The position numbers and the translations under genes are program-made. A stretch of 64,000 nt of DNA from an uncultured Nitrospiraceae bacterium (lineage in GTDB: Bacteria; Nitrospirota; Nitrospiria; Nitrospirales; Nitrospiraceae). The stretch spans positions 608,001 to 672,000 of the forward strand of contig CAVSTP010000004.1 of NCBI GenBank assembly GCA_963730935.1, in the 5' to 3' direction. Shown piece by piece: positions 11,479 through 21,067 of this stretch. The notes below the pieces were generated by a model. It saw only the letters and a program-made list of their open reading frames with translations, did not search any database and was not told the DNA's origin. Positions within the stretch are counted from its first letter, which is position 1, and every line of letters begins with the position of its first letter.

Positions 11479-12102
11479 ATGTCGCTCGAATTCTTCGGTC
11501 GTCTCCAAAAGGAACTTTCGCTAACCGGCAGCGCGGTCTACGAATCCGTCGTGGCCGTGGCCGAGCGCGTCAATCGCAAGGTCCATGTCCTGCGGCTTCA
11601 CGGGCAAGCAGCCAGTTTGTTGACACAAATCGAAACGGTCCAAGGCGAACTGGGTCAGCAGCTCGCGGGGGCCTTGGCACGCCATTCCCCCCCGCGGCCC
11701 AGCGCATCACCCTCCGATGTCGAGCGCACCGTGAACGACGCCACGGACCGCGTGCATCTCCTCAAACAGACCCTCCTCCAAGTCGATGCCCAGATCCGGG
11801 CGTTGAAGCTCGAAGCGATTCAAGGAGATCTTCTCACGCTGCAGCGCGACCTCAGCTTGCGCGCCGCCGCCATTGAACGCCAATCGGTTTCACACGGCTC
11901 CAAGGCGGTGGGCAAACAGGTCTCGGACCTGGCCTGGCCGGCAACTGTCCGTCTCGTCACGGTGTTTCGCGGTCCATTTCTCATCCCGCCGACGGAGGAC
12001 TTCGTCTTCAGAGCCGACGATATCGTCATCGCCATCGGCCTTCGAGCCGACCTGGATCAGATCGCCTCGTGGTTCGCCGCCGCTCGGACGGGCAAGAGTT
12101 GA
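11479..12102 (+). CDS. Coiled-coil protein with C-terminal RCK_C/TrkA-C-like domain
   Basis: Helical N-terminus; C-terminus GSKAVGKQVSDL...VTVFRG...IPPTEDFVFRADDIVIAIG. Confidence 0.7.
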   Translation: MSLEFFGRLQKELSLTGSAVYESVVAVAERVNRKVHVLRLHGQAASLLTQIETVQGELGQQLAGALARHSPPRPSASPSDVERTVNDATDRVHLLKQTLLQVDAQIRALKLEAIQGDLLTLQRDLSLRAAAIERQSVSHGSKAVGKQVSDLAWPATVRLVTVFRGPFLIPPTEDFVFRADDIVIAIGLRADLDQIASWFAAARTGKS

Positions 12103-12152
12103 CACTCTCCGCCTTATAGGTTTTCGGGCCCACCTGAGGTACACTAGCATTC

Positions 12153-13553
12153 ATGCGGTCCCGACTCTGCATGGTCGTATGGCTCGCTGTCGGAATGACT
12201 GCCGCCGTCCCTTTCGTGCCAGCGGCCAGGGGTGCCGAGCCTGCCGGGCTCCCGCCCAACGCGTCCAACGGCTTACGGCTCCTGGAGGAGATGCAGACCG
12301 TCTTTACCGAGTTGGCCGAGGCGGCCAAACCTTCCGTCGTCAGTCTCTTTCCCATCAATCTCACCGGAAAAGGCCGCGAGTTTACGCCGGAACGAGTGCC
12401 CAACGCGCCAGGCTCCGGAGCCGGCGTCATCATCACACCCGACGGGCACATCATTACCAATAACCACGTGGTCGGCGACGCGACGGAAATCGAGGTTCGG
12501 TTGTCCGACAAGTCGAAGCTGATTGCCCAAGTCGTCGGCAAGGACCCGGACACGGATCTCGCCGTCTTGAAAGTCACCTCCGATCACCCGCTGCCGAACG
12601 CGACCTTCGGCGACTCGACCACCGTGCGCGTGGGCCAATGGGTGCTCGCCGTGGGCAATCCCTTCGGCTTGGAGCGGACCGTCACGCTCGGTGTGGTCAG
12701 CGGCATCGGGCGCGAAAATGTCAATCTCTCCCGCTATGAAAATTTCATTCAAACCGACGCGTCGATCAATCCCGGAAATTCCGGAGGGCCGCTCTTCAAC
12801 CTGCGAGGAGAAGTCATCGGCATCAACACAGCCATCATCAATTTCGCACAAGGCATCGGGTTCGCGATTCCATCCAACATGGCGAAGCAAGTCCTGCAGC
12901 AATTGGTGGAGCAAGGCCGGGTCGTCCGGGGCTGGCTCGGTGTCGGCATTCAACCGCTGACCCCGGAGCTGGCGAAAAAGTTCGGCGTGACCGAACAGGA
13001 AGGCGTGCTGGTCAACGAAGTGTTCGAGAAGGACCCCGCGGCTGCGGCCGGCATCAAGCCCGGCGACGTCATCACGCGCATCGAAGGGTCGGTAATCGAC
13101 AGCCCGAATCGACTGTCGCGGATTGTGGCCGGATTGTTACCGGGCGCCAAAGCGAAGGTCGAACTTGTGCGCAATCAACAACGCATGGTCATAGAAGTGG
13201 CCCTGACAGAACGCCGCGATCATGCCACCGTGGCCTCGCTACCGCTGGCTCAATCACGCTCCGAATCCAAACTCGGACTCGATGTCCAGGACCTGACGGC
13301 CGTTCTGGCCGAGAAATTCAAACTGCACGAAAGCCGCGGCGTGCTGATCACGAAGGTGGAGGCGGGCAGCCTCGCCCAGTCCGAAGGGCTGCGTGAAGGC
13401 GACCTCATCAAGGAAGTCAATCGCGCCGACGTGGGATCGGTGGGCGATTTCACTACCGCAGTCTCCAAGGTCCGCCGTGGCGATACCGTGCTCTTACGGG
13501 TCCTGCGCGAAAGTCGGGCGTTCTACGTGGTGCTGAAACCCGGCGAGCCCTGA
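12153..13553 (+). CDS. degP: HtrA/DegP-DegQ serine protease with two PDZ domains
   Basis: Signal peptide, TNNHVV, DLAVLK, TDASINPGNSGG, two PDZ domains. Confidence 0.93.
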   Translation: MRSRLCMVVWLAVGMTAAVPFVPAARGAEPAGLPPNASNGLRLLEEMQTVFTELAEAAKPSVVSLFPINLTGKGREFTPERVPNAPGSGAGVIITPDGHIITNNHVVGDATEIEVRLSDKSKLIAQVVGKDPDTDLAVLKVTSDHPLPNATFGDSTTVRVGQWVLAVGNPFGLERTVTLGVVSGIGRENVNLSRYENFIQTDASINPGNSGGPLFNLRGEVIGINTAIINFAQGIGFAIPSNMAKQVLQQLVEQGRVVRGWLGVGIQPLTPELAKKFGVTEQEGVLVNEVFEKDPAAAAGIKPGDVITRIEGSVIDSPNRLSRIVAGLLPGAKAKVELVRNQQRMVIEVALTERRDHATVASLPLAQSRSESKLGLDVQDLTAVLAEKFKLHESRGVLITKVEAGSLAQSEGLREGDLIKEVNRADVGSVGDFTTAVSKVRRGDTVLLRVLRESRAFYVVLKPGEP

Positions 13554-13632
13554 TTCCCAACGAACCGCGAACGTCAGAGACGGCACCGGGCGCGTCTCCC
13601 CGACACAGATGAGAGACGCGCCGTGCAATTGG

Positions 13633-15735
13633 CTAATGGGCGGCTACGGGCTGCTTGCTGGCCTTGGCCTCTTCCACGATCTTCGTCGCGACCTCACGCG
13701 GCACTTCCTCATAGCGCGCCAATTCCATCACGTAACTCCCTCCTCCTCCCGTGAGAGAATTAAGGGTGGTCGTGTAGGTCATGATCTCGCTCAGGGGGAC
13801 CAGCGCCTTGACGATCTCGGCGTGCCCCCGCGCTTCGACATGCAGGATGCGTCCTCGCCGGGCGTTGAGATCGCCGATCACGGCGCCAATATGCGCCGCC
13901 GGCGCCTCGACCTCGACGGTCATCATCGGCTCCAGTAAGATGGGATGCGCCGTTTCCATCGCTTTCTTAAATGCCATCGATGCGGCAATCTTAAACGACA
14001 TTTCCGAGGAATCGACGACGTGGTAGGACCCGTCGTACACGGCGACGCGGACGTCGACGACCGGAAAACCAGCCAACGTGCCATGGAGCATCGCCTCGAC
14101 GACGCCCTTCTCAACCGCCGGGATGAAATTGCGGGGAATCACGCCGCCCACCACCCGGTTCGTAAATGCGAAGCCCTCCCCGCGCGAAGACGGCGTCAAT
14201 TCCAGCCAGCAATCCCCGTACTGCCCATGGCCACCCGTCTGTTTCTTGTACTTGCCTTGGGCCTGCGCCGTGGCGCGAATCGTTTCCCGGTACGGAATCT
14301 TCGGCGTATGGATGACGACCTCCGCCCCGTACTTGCGCTGCAATTTCTCCAGCGCCAGATCCAAATGCAGTTGGCCCGTCCCGCTCAGCACCATTTCCTT
14401 CGTATCGGCATTCCGCGTGAAGCCCAAGGTGGGATCTTCTTCGATCAACTTGTGCAGTCCCAGGCTGACCTTATCGATGTCGGCACTCGACTTGGGTTCG
14501 ATCGCAAAGGACAGCACCGGCTTGGGCAAAGCCGGCCAGGAATAGACGATGGGATGCTGCTCGTCACAGAGCGTGTCCCCGGTCTGCGCATCCTTGAGCT
14601 TCCCGATTGCCACGATATCTCCGGCGCCCGCCGCGGCGACGGCCGTGTGCTTCTTGCCCAGCAACTGATACACATGACCGCTTTTCTCTTTGATTTTTCT
14701 CGTCCCGTTGTACAACAGCGAATCGGCCTGCAAGGTGCCGGACGCCACACGGACATACGACAGCCGACCGACGAATGGGTCGATAATGGTCTTGAAGATG
14801 ACGCCGGAAAAAGGCGCCTCGGCTGTCGCAGGGCGCGTGACCTCGTGGCCGCCGTCCGCATCCTGTCCCGTGAGCGGCCTGCGTTGCGCCCGGTCGGCTG
14901 GCGACGGCAGCAGGTCGACGATCGCATTGAGGAGCGGGACCGTGCCGATATTCTTGAGTGCCGATCCCGTATACAGCGGCACGATGCTCCCCGCCTGCAT
15001 CCCCGCCCGAAGTCCCCTCAATAGGTCTGCCTGCGAGAGTTCGGCGCCAGAGAGGTACTGTTCCAACAATTGATCGTCGCACTCGGCGGCCGCCTCCTGA
15101 ATCCGCTTGCGCGCGTCGGCCAGCATCGCCTCGGCGCCAGGCGGCGCCGGTTGCTGCTGCCACTTCGCGCTGTCGGCCCGGGAGTGCATCGCCGCCTGAG
15201 TCACAAAATCGAGGACGCCCACCCACTGCGCCCCGTCTTTGAGCACGCACGACATCGGCAACGGCGTGAGGTCCAAATCCCGATGGCAGGCCGCCAGCAA
15301 CTCTTCCATCGAGCCGGATTCTTTCTCCAGTTCGTTGACGAAGATGAGGCACGGCAGGCCGAGCGCCTTCACCTGTGACCACAGCCGGACGAGTTCGCTT
15401 CGGATGCCGCTCGCCGGACTGAGAACGACGATCACGCCATCCGCCGCCTGCAAGGCGGTGATCGCTTCGCCGAGCAAACTGAGCGCTCCGGGAGTATCGA
15501 GCAAATTGATGGTGGTGTGATTCCAGGAGCAGCGGAGAAGACTGGTGCTGACGGAACTGCGGTGGTGAATTTCTTCCGGCTCAAAATCCGAGACGGTCGT
15601 GCCTTGCATCACCGAACCGAGAGTCGGTATGCCACCGGTGGTTAAGAGGATCGCTTCGGCCAATGACGTTTTGCCCGCCCCTCGATTGGCGATGACAGCC
15701 ACATTTCTGAGAGACCTCGCACCCGGCTCGTTCAT
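13633..15735 (-). CDS. Elongation factor G paralogue (EF-G2-like) with degenerate G domain
   Basis: Domains III-V motifs EEDPT, GQLHL, KKQTGGHGQYG, DGSYHVVDSS, EPMM; G1 ANRGAGKTS. Confidence 0.92.
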   Translation of the reverse strand: MNEPGARSLRNVAVIANRGAGKTSLAEAILLTTGGIPTLGSVMQGTTVSDFEPEEIHHRSSVSTSLLRCSWNHTTINLLDTPGALSLLGEAITALQAADGVIVVLSPASGIRSELVRLWSQVKALGLPCLIFVNELEKESGSMEELLAACHRDLDLTPLPMSCVLKDGAQWVGVLDFVTQAAMHSRADSAKWQQQPAPPGAEAMLADARKRIQEAAAECDDQLLEQYLSGAELSQADLLRGLRAGMQAGSIVPLYTGSALKNIGTVPLLNAIVDLLPSPADRAQRRPLTGQDADGGHEVTRPATAEAPFSGVIFKTIIDPFVGRLSYVRVASGTLQADSLLYNGTRKIKEKSGHVYQLLGKKHTAVAAAGAGDIVAIGKLKDAQTGDTLCDEQHPIVYSWPALPKPVLSFAIEPKSSADIDKVSLGLHKLIEEDPTLGFTRNADTKEMVLSGTGQLHLDLALEKLQRKYGAEVVIHTPKIPYRETIRATAQAQGKYKKQTGGHGQYGDCWLELTPSSRGEGFAFTNRVVGGVIPRNFIPAVEKGVVEAMLHGTLAGFPVVDVRVAVYDGSYHVVDSSEMSFKIAASMAFKKAMETAHPILLEPMMTVEVEAPAAHIGAVIGDLNARRGRILHVEARGHAEIVKALVPLSEIMTYTTTLNSLTGGGGSYVMELARYEEVPREVATKIVEEAKASKQPVAAH

Positions 15736-15814
15736 AGGACCCTCCTTGGTCATTGCGAAAGGCGTCTGTGCCTTCGCAAATCCTGATAATTACATGGTGG
15801 CTTGCTCCCCCGTG

Positions 15815-16522
15815 TCATGCATGATGCGTTAACCAGCCCTCGTCGGCAAAACTGACATAGCGCCCGTCGCCTACAACAAGATGATCCAGCACTCGAATGC
15901 CCAGCACGTCCCCCGCCGAAACCAACCGTGCGGTCAGAACGTGATCTTCTTGGCTTGGTGTCGGATCACCGCTCGGATGATTGTGCAGAAAGATGACCGC
16001 GGCGGCGGATTCCTTCACCGCCATCGTGAACACCTCCCGGGGATGCACGATGCTGAGCGTCAAGCTGCCTTCGGACACGGTGGCATCGCGCAGGATCGCA
16101 TGCTTGGCGTCCAGCAGGACCACTTTGAAAATCTCATGACGGAGGTTCCGCAATGCGGGATGATAGTGCTCGAACAGCACGCGGCTCGAGGAGATTCTTG
16201 TCCCCGTCGACAGCGGAGACGCCAGCGACCGTTTACCCAGTTCCAGCGCGGCCTTGACCTGCGCGGCCTTCGCCTCCCCGACTCCCTCGACGGCACACAG
16301 CTCCTCGATCCCGCAATGGGCCAAGCCGGCGACGCCGCCGAGCCGATCAAGCACTTCCATGCTCACTTGCACGGCCGAGGATCGCTGCCGACCGACGCGC
16401 AGGAGAATGGCGAGGAGTTGCGCATCCGTCAAGGCATCGGCGCCCTGCGCCAGGAGCCGCTCGCGCGGACGTTCGCTTGCCGGCCAGTGGGCAATGCCGT
16501 GCCGCACCGTCTTTCTGCTCAC
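15815..16522 (-). CDS. radC: RadC family JAB/MPN protein
   Basis: ERPRERL, VHPREVF, HNHPSGDPTPSQED, LDHLVVG; GTG start with GAGGAG. Confidence 0.93.
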   Translation of the reverse strand: MSRKTVRHGIAHWPASERPRERLLAQGADALTDAQLLAILLRVGRQRSSAVQVSMEVLDRLGGVAGLAHCGIEELCAVEGVGEAKAAQVKAALELGKRSLASPLSTGTRISSSRVLFEHYHPALRNLRHEIFKVVLLDAKHAILRDATVSEGSLTLSIVHPREVFTMAVKESAAAVIFLHNHPSGDPTPSQEDHVLTARLVSAGDVLGIRVLDHLVVGDGRYVSFADEGWLTHHA

Positions 16523-16645
16523 GTCGAACTCCTCGAACAAAAATATGACACGTTGAACGTTTTTGTACTACGGAAACGCCCTCCCCAGCCCCCCTGGTAA
16601 CAAATACGTACCGCCTAACATGTTGAAATTACGTATCGACAAAAA

Positions 16646-16662
16646 TTGGTTCGGCTTTTGCT
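16646..16662 (+). promoter_or_regulatory. Putative sigma54 (-24/-12) promoter
   Basis: TTGGTTCGGCTTTTGCT, GG-N10-GC spacing, upstream of the small Cys protein. Confidence 0.55.
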
Positions 16663-16703
16663 TCGCTTGCCCACAGCTGCGCACCGCAACCAGGGAGGAC
16701 TCG

Positions 16704-16898
16704 ATGGAATGTCCGAAATGCAAAGGGCTCATGATGCTCGAGCGGTTCTCCGACTTCTTTCTGATCTTCTACGCATGGAAGTGCATCAACTGCGGCGCCA
16801 TCATCGATCGCACGATTTCCAACAACCGGCGCAAAAGTCTCGCCGCCCGCGATGCACAGCCGGTGCAACCCGCGCAACCTTCTGCCGCCACGCGCTAA
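16704..16898 (+). CDS. Small zinc-ribbon protein (CxxC...CxxC)
   Basis: MECPKCKGLM...WKCINCG; GGAGGA RBS. Confidence 0.8.
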   Translation: MECPKCKGLMMLERFSDFFLIFYAWKCINCGAIIDRTISNNRRKSLAARDAQPVQPAQPSAATR

Positions 16899-17236
16899 CT
16901 CTCCGCTCGCGTGCAGGCGCGAGCGCGGGGTTGTGCGCACGACAACGCCGCGAGTCTCCTGCCTGACGCCTCTCGTCTTCCTCGTACTCTCACCGTACAG
17001 AATTATAGTCAGCCCCACGCGCAGCGTCAAAATGCCAGTAATGCCTCTGCGAGAATTTTTTGGGGTACGGCCCGCAGCCAGGTCTGACGCCGGCTCAACG
17101 GCGCTCGTCACCTTGACCCCTTCAAAAACGCTATGTTAGAGTTTGTCGTTTGTGAAAGCCTCTCGCCTATCAGAATGCTGAATACAAAGCGACGACGGCC
17201 TCTCGAAGGGGCTAGTCCGCAACCAACGAACAGGTT

Positions 17237-17806
17237 ATGCGAGTGATCGCCGGTTCCCACCGAGGTCGGCGCCTGAGTGGGCCACGGGGGACCACGCTGC
17301 GGCCCACGTCGGACAAGGTCCGCGAGGCGCTGTTTTCCATCCTGGGGACGCGCATCCCCGGCAGCCGTTTTCTGGATTTGTACGCGGGCACGGGCGCAGT
17401 AGGCATCGAGGCGTTGAGCCGCGGCGCAACGATCGTGACCTTCGTCGAATCGGATCCGAAGGCGGTGCAGGTCATGCGGAAGAATTTGACGGCGTGCGGC
17501 ATGCTGGAACAGGCGGTGGTGCGAGTCGGACCCACACAGACGTTTTTGCGGCAGCCACAGTCCTGGGACGGTCCATACGATGTGCTGTTTGCCGATCCTC
17601 CGTATGCCGACGGGGAAGCCGTTGAGCTCGTCCTCGGCAGCTGGCACCTTGGTCTCTTGTCATCGGAGGCGCTCATGATCATTGAACAGGACGCACGAGC
17701 CCAGATGCCGGAGGAAACGGATCGCGCCAGACTCATGCGTCGCTACAACTATGGGGATACCGCCCTGTTTCTGTATGGTCAGGCACCGAGCGGGTCGGCC
17801 TCATGA
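17237..17806 (+). CDS. rsmD: 16S rRNA m2G966 methyltransferase
   Basis: MRVIAG, RPTSDKVREALF, LDLYAGTGAVGIEALSRG, DPPY. Confidence 0.95.
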   Translation: MRVIAGSHRGRRLSGPRGTTLRPTSDKVREALFSILGTRIPGSRFLDLYAGTGAVGIEALSRGATIVTFVESDPKAVQVMRKNLTACGMLEQAVVRVGPTQTFLRQPQSWDGPYDVLFADPPYADGEAVELVLGSWHLGLLSSEALMIIEQDARAQMPEETDRARLMRRYNYGDTALFLYGQAPSGSAS

Positions 17807-18291
17807 AAATCGGCATCTACCCAGGCACGTTCGATCCCATCACGCACGGGCACACCGACATCATCACCCGTAGTCTGCGCGTCTTTGATAAAGTGATGGT
17901 TGCCGTCGCACCGAACCCGACTAAACACCCGCTCTTCAATTTGGCCGAGCGGGTAGAGATGGTGCAGCTGGTGCTGAAGGACATCGGCCAAGTCGAGGTG
18001 GTGACGTTCGATGGTCTTCTGGTCGATCATGTGCAGCGATCCGGGGCCCATGCCATTATCCGCGGGCTCCGCGCGATCTCGGACTTTGAGCACGAATTTC
18101 AAATGGCCCTCATCAACCGCAAGCTGGCGAAACAGGTTGAGACCGTGTTCTTGATGTCAAGCGAGGAATATTCATACCTGTCCTCGACGATCATCAAAGA
18201 CGTGGCCAACCATGGAGGCTCGCTGACCGAGTTTCTCCATCCCGAGGTCGCACGCCGGCTTCAAGCCCGAATACGGAGGGTCAAGTCATGA
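17803..18291 (+). CDS. coaD: Phosphopantetheine adenylyltransferase
   Basis: YPGTFDPITHGH, IRGLRAISDFEHE, LSST. Confidence 0.97.
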   Translation: MKIGIYPGTFDPITHGHTDIITRSLRVFDKVMVAVAPNPTKHPLFNLAERVEMVQLVLKDIGQVEVVTFDGLLVDHVQRSGAHAIIRGLRAISDFEHEFQMALINRKLAKQVETVFLMSSEEYSYLSSTIIKDVANHGGSLTEFLHPEVARRLQARIRRVKS

Positions 18292-19481
18292 AGCTCGCGG
18301 CCCGCGTCAGTCGCATCGCCCCCTCGCCGACCCTTGCCATGGCAGCGACGGCGAAAGCCATGGCGGCTCAAGGCATCGACGTGATCGATTTTTCCACGGG
18401 AGAACCGGATTTCGATACGCCGGAACCGGTCAAGGCAGCGGCCGAGGCGGCGATCCGCTCGGGGTTCACCAAGTACACGCCGTCATCCGGCATTGATGAA
18501 CTGCGCGGCGCGATCGTCGACAAGCTCAAGGTCGAGCAGGGTCTCCAATACGAGAAATCTCAAATCCTGGTGTCGTGCGGCGCCAAGCACTCGCTGTACA
18601 ACCTCGCGGAAGCGTTGTTGGAGGAAGGGGATGAAATCATCATTCCGACGCCGTACTGGGTCTCGTACTCCGATCAGGCGCTCCTGAACGATGCGACGCC
18701 GGTGTTGCTGGCTACCAAGGAGTCCGAGGGGTACGCCATTGATCCCGCAGAGCTCGAGCGGCGTATCACCCCCAAAACCAAAGCGCTGATCATCAACAGC
18801 CCCTCTAATCCGACCGGCGCAACATATGGACGCCGGATGCTCGAACGCATCGCCGCGATCGCCATTCGACATCATCTTGTCGTGATCTCGGATGAGATCT
18901 ACGAGAAGGTGCTCTACGACGGGGCGAGCCACGTCAGCATCGCTTCGCTGGGACCGGAAATCGCGGGGCGAACCGTCGTCATCAACGGCGTCTCCAAGGC
19001 CTACGCAATGACCGGCTGGCGGATCGGCTATGCGGCGGGACCCAAAGACCTGATCACCGCGATGGGGAACATTCAAAGCCAGAGCACCTCAAACCCCTGC
19101 TCGATTTCCCAGAAGGCGGCCGTTGCCGCTCTGCGATTCGGCGAGCCGTTCACGAAGCAAATGGTGACCGAGTTCGATCGCCGGCGTCGTGTGATTGTGG
19201 AGGGGTTGAATGCGATTCCGGGCGTGTCCTGCTCGATGCCGGGCGGGGCTTTCTATGCCTTCCCAAATATCCAGGGCGTCCTTGGGAAGCACGGTCCGAC
19301 CGGTCCGGTCAACTCACCGACGGACCTCGCGACCTATCTCCTCAAGAACGCGCAGATCGCAGTCGTGCCGGGCGAACCGTTTGGCAGCGAGAGTCACATT
19401 CGCCTCTCTTATGCCACGAGCATGGACACGATCACGAACGGATTGAAGCGGCTGCGGGGAGCGCTGGAGGAGCTGAAGTAA
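18288..19481 (+). CDS. aspC: Class I PLP-dependent (aspartate) aminotransferase
   Basis: GEPDF, NSPSNPTG, SDEIY, SKAYAMTGWRIG. Confidence 0.9.
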   Translation: MKLAARVSRIAPSPTLAMAATAKAMAAQGIDVIDFSTGEPDFDTPEPVKAAAEAAIRSGFTKYTPSSGIDELRGAIVDKLKVEQGLQYEKSQILVSCGAKHSLYNLAEALLEEGDEIIIPTPYWVSYSDQALLNDATPVLLATKESEGYAIDPAELERRITPKTKALIINSPSNPTGATYGRRMLERIAAIAIRHHLVVISDEIYEKVLYDGASHVSIASLGPEIAGRTVVINGVSKAYAMTGWRIGYAAGPKDLITAMGNIQSQSTSNPCSISQKAAVAALRFGEPFTKQMVTEFDRRRRVIVEGLNAIPGVSCSMPGGAFYAFPNIQGVLGKHGPTGPVNSPTDLATYLLKNAQIAVVPGEPFGSESHIRLSYATSMDTITNGLKRLRGALEELK

Positions 19482-19526
19482 CAACAGAGAAGGACCGGTT
19501 ACCGTCACACCCTAGGAGGACCACCT

Positions 19527-19892
19527 GTGCCGATTTATGAGTATCGGTGCGACAGTTGTTCGTATCAATTCGAAGTGAAACAGAGCATCAAGGACGACGC
19601 GTTGACCACCTGCGAGCGATGCGGCAAATCTCTTCGCCGCCTCATCTCCTCGTCGGGCCTCATGTTCAAGGGGAGCGGCTGGTATGTGACCGATTATTCG
19701 AACAAGCTGAAGCCGCCATCCGAAGGAGAGAAAACACCAGCCGCGGCCGAAGAAAAGAAAGAGCAAGCCGCCGGATCCTCGGCCGCGTCGCCAGCGAGTC
19801 CATCCACCGCCCCCGCGAGCGGCTCCTCGAGCAGCGCATCGCCGGCGTCCGGCGCATCCACGCCGAACACATCGAACACGTCGAACAAATAA
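19527..19892 (+). CDS. FmdB-family zinc ribbon protein with low-complexity tail
   Basis: MPIYEYRCxxC...CxxCG...FKGSGWYVTDY. Confidence 0.88.
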   Translation: MPIYEYRCDSCSYQFEVKQSIKDDALTTCERCGKSLRRLISSSGLMFKGSGWYVTDYSNKLKPPSEGEKTPAAAEEKKEQAAGSSAASPASPSTAPASGSSSSASPASGASTPNTSNTSNK

Positions 19893-19905
19893 TCAGTCGA
19901 GTCCG

Positions 19906-20349
19906 CTAGTGCACGGTCGTCGACTTCGTCAACGTCTTCTTTTTCAGAGGCGCTTTGCTCGCGGTCTTGACCGAAGGCTTGGTCGCGGGCCTGACGGTCG
20001 CAGACTTGGTGGTTGCGGCCTTGACGGTCGCCGGCTTGGAGGACTTGACCAGGCGCTCCTGCAGCGACGTGACGCTGCTCTGCAGACTCGCGATCATCGC
20101 GCTTTTATCCCGATTGGTCCGAACGAGATCGTCGACCTGCGTTTGCAGATCGTCCTTTGCCTTCGTCACCGACGTCATCTGCGTTTGCAGTTGGGCCTTC
20201 TCCATCGTCACGGTCTGCAGTTCGGACCGGAGCTGCTCGACCTGCGTCTGCAGCGCCGGCGGCCAGTAATCGCACCCGGACAACATCGCCGCCATGACGA
20301 TGACCAGCCCTACCGCTCGTCCCCCTTGTCGCTCCCGACGGATTAGCAT
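19906..20349 (-). CDS. Coiled-coil lipoprotein with Lys/Thr/Ala-rich tail
   Basis: AAGGAGG RBS; lipobox LSGC; heptad-rich middle. Confidence 0.8.
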   Translation of the reverse strand: MLIRRERQGGRAVGLVIVMAAMLSGCDYWPPALQTQVEQLRSELQTVTMEKAQLQTQMTSVTKAKDDLQTQVDDLVRTNRDKSAMIASLQSSVTSLQERLVKSSKPATVKAATTKSATVRPATKPSVKTASKAPLKKKTLTKSTTVH

Positions 20350-20396
20350 CGATCCCTCCTTTATATGGGCACTGCTGGCCCTGCTGTATACCACAT

Positions 20397-21047
20397 TTAG
20401 GCGTTCTTGAGGGAAAATCCTCTGGCGTGAAGCGCCGCCTCGATGGCGCTCCGAGGGATAGCTCCCTCGCGGACGATGCGAAGCGTCTCGTCCGCCTCGA
20501 CGACCGTGGAAGGTAGTCCGCCCGGAGTGGGCCCCGCGTCAATAATCAGGTCCACCTTGGCGCCAAACGCCTGTTCCACTTCGCGCGCCGTGTGAGCCGG
20601 CGGAGTTCCCGTCCGGTTGGCGCTCGTTCCCGTCAGCGGGCCGACCTGCTGAAGCACCTCGCGCAACGGCCGACAGGAGCTGAGTCTGATACCCACCCGG
20701 CCGGTGCCGGCGGTGAGCGCGGGAGGGACCGAGGCTCGGGCAGGAAACAGAATGGTCAAGGCGCCCGGCCAAAACGTCTCCATTAAGACCGAGGCAGCGG
20801 AAGGCACATGCTCCGCGAAGGACGCGAGATTTTTTGGCGAGCCGACCAACACGAGAATCGGCTTTCCCTCTACCCGTCCCTTGGCGGCAGACAATCGATC
20901 CAGGGCGGTCCGGTCAAACGGGTTCACGCCCAGTCCGTAGAACGTCTCGGTCGGGATGGCGACGAGCCCTCCCCGTAGAAGCACGGCTCTGACCTGTTGT
21001 CCGAGAGAATCGAGGGCTGTTGCGGAGTACGGAATGATCGAAGCCAT
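20397..21047 (-). CDS. tsaC: Threonylcarbamoyl-AMP synthase (Sua5/YrdC)
   Basis: PTETFYGL, KGR, FWPGALT, TSAN, PSTVV. Confidence 0.93.
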   Translation of the reverse strand: MASIIPYSATALDSLGQQVRAVLLRGGLVAIPTETFYGLGVNPFDRTALDRLSAAKGRVEGKPILVLVGSPKNLASFAEHVPSAASVLMETFWPGALTILFPARASVPPALTAGTGRVGIRLSSCRPLREVLQQVGPLTGTSANRTGTPPAHTAREVEQAFGAKVDLIIDAGPTPGGLPSTVVEADETLRIVREGAIPRSAIEAALHARGFSLKNA

Positions 21048-21067
21048 AAGGAACCGGCGGGAGCCGG

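Noticed and set aside
15815..16522. radC as a sign of a mobile or defence island
   Set aside because: Full-length chromosomal-type RadC with HhH N-terminus among housekeeping genes; no mobility genes nearby.
17143..17236. Hairpins in the rsmD-coaD leader as a riboswitch
   Set aside because: Only modest stems (GTCGTTTGT/ACAAAGCGAC) and no recognisable aptamer motif.
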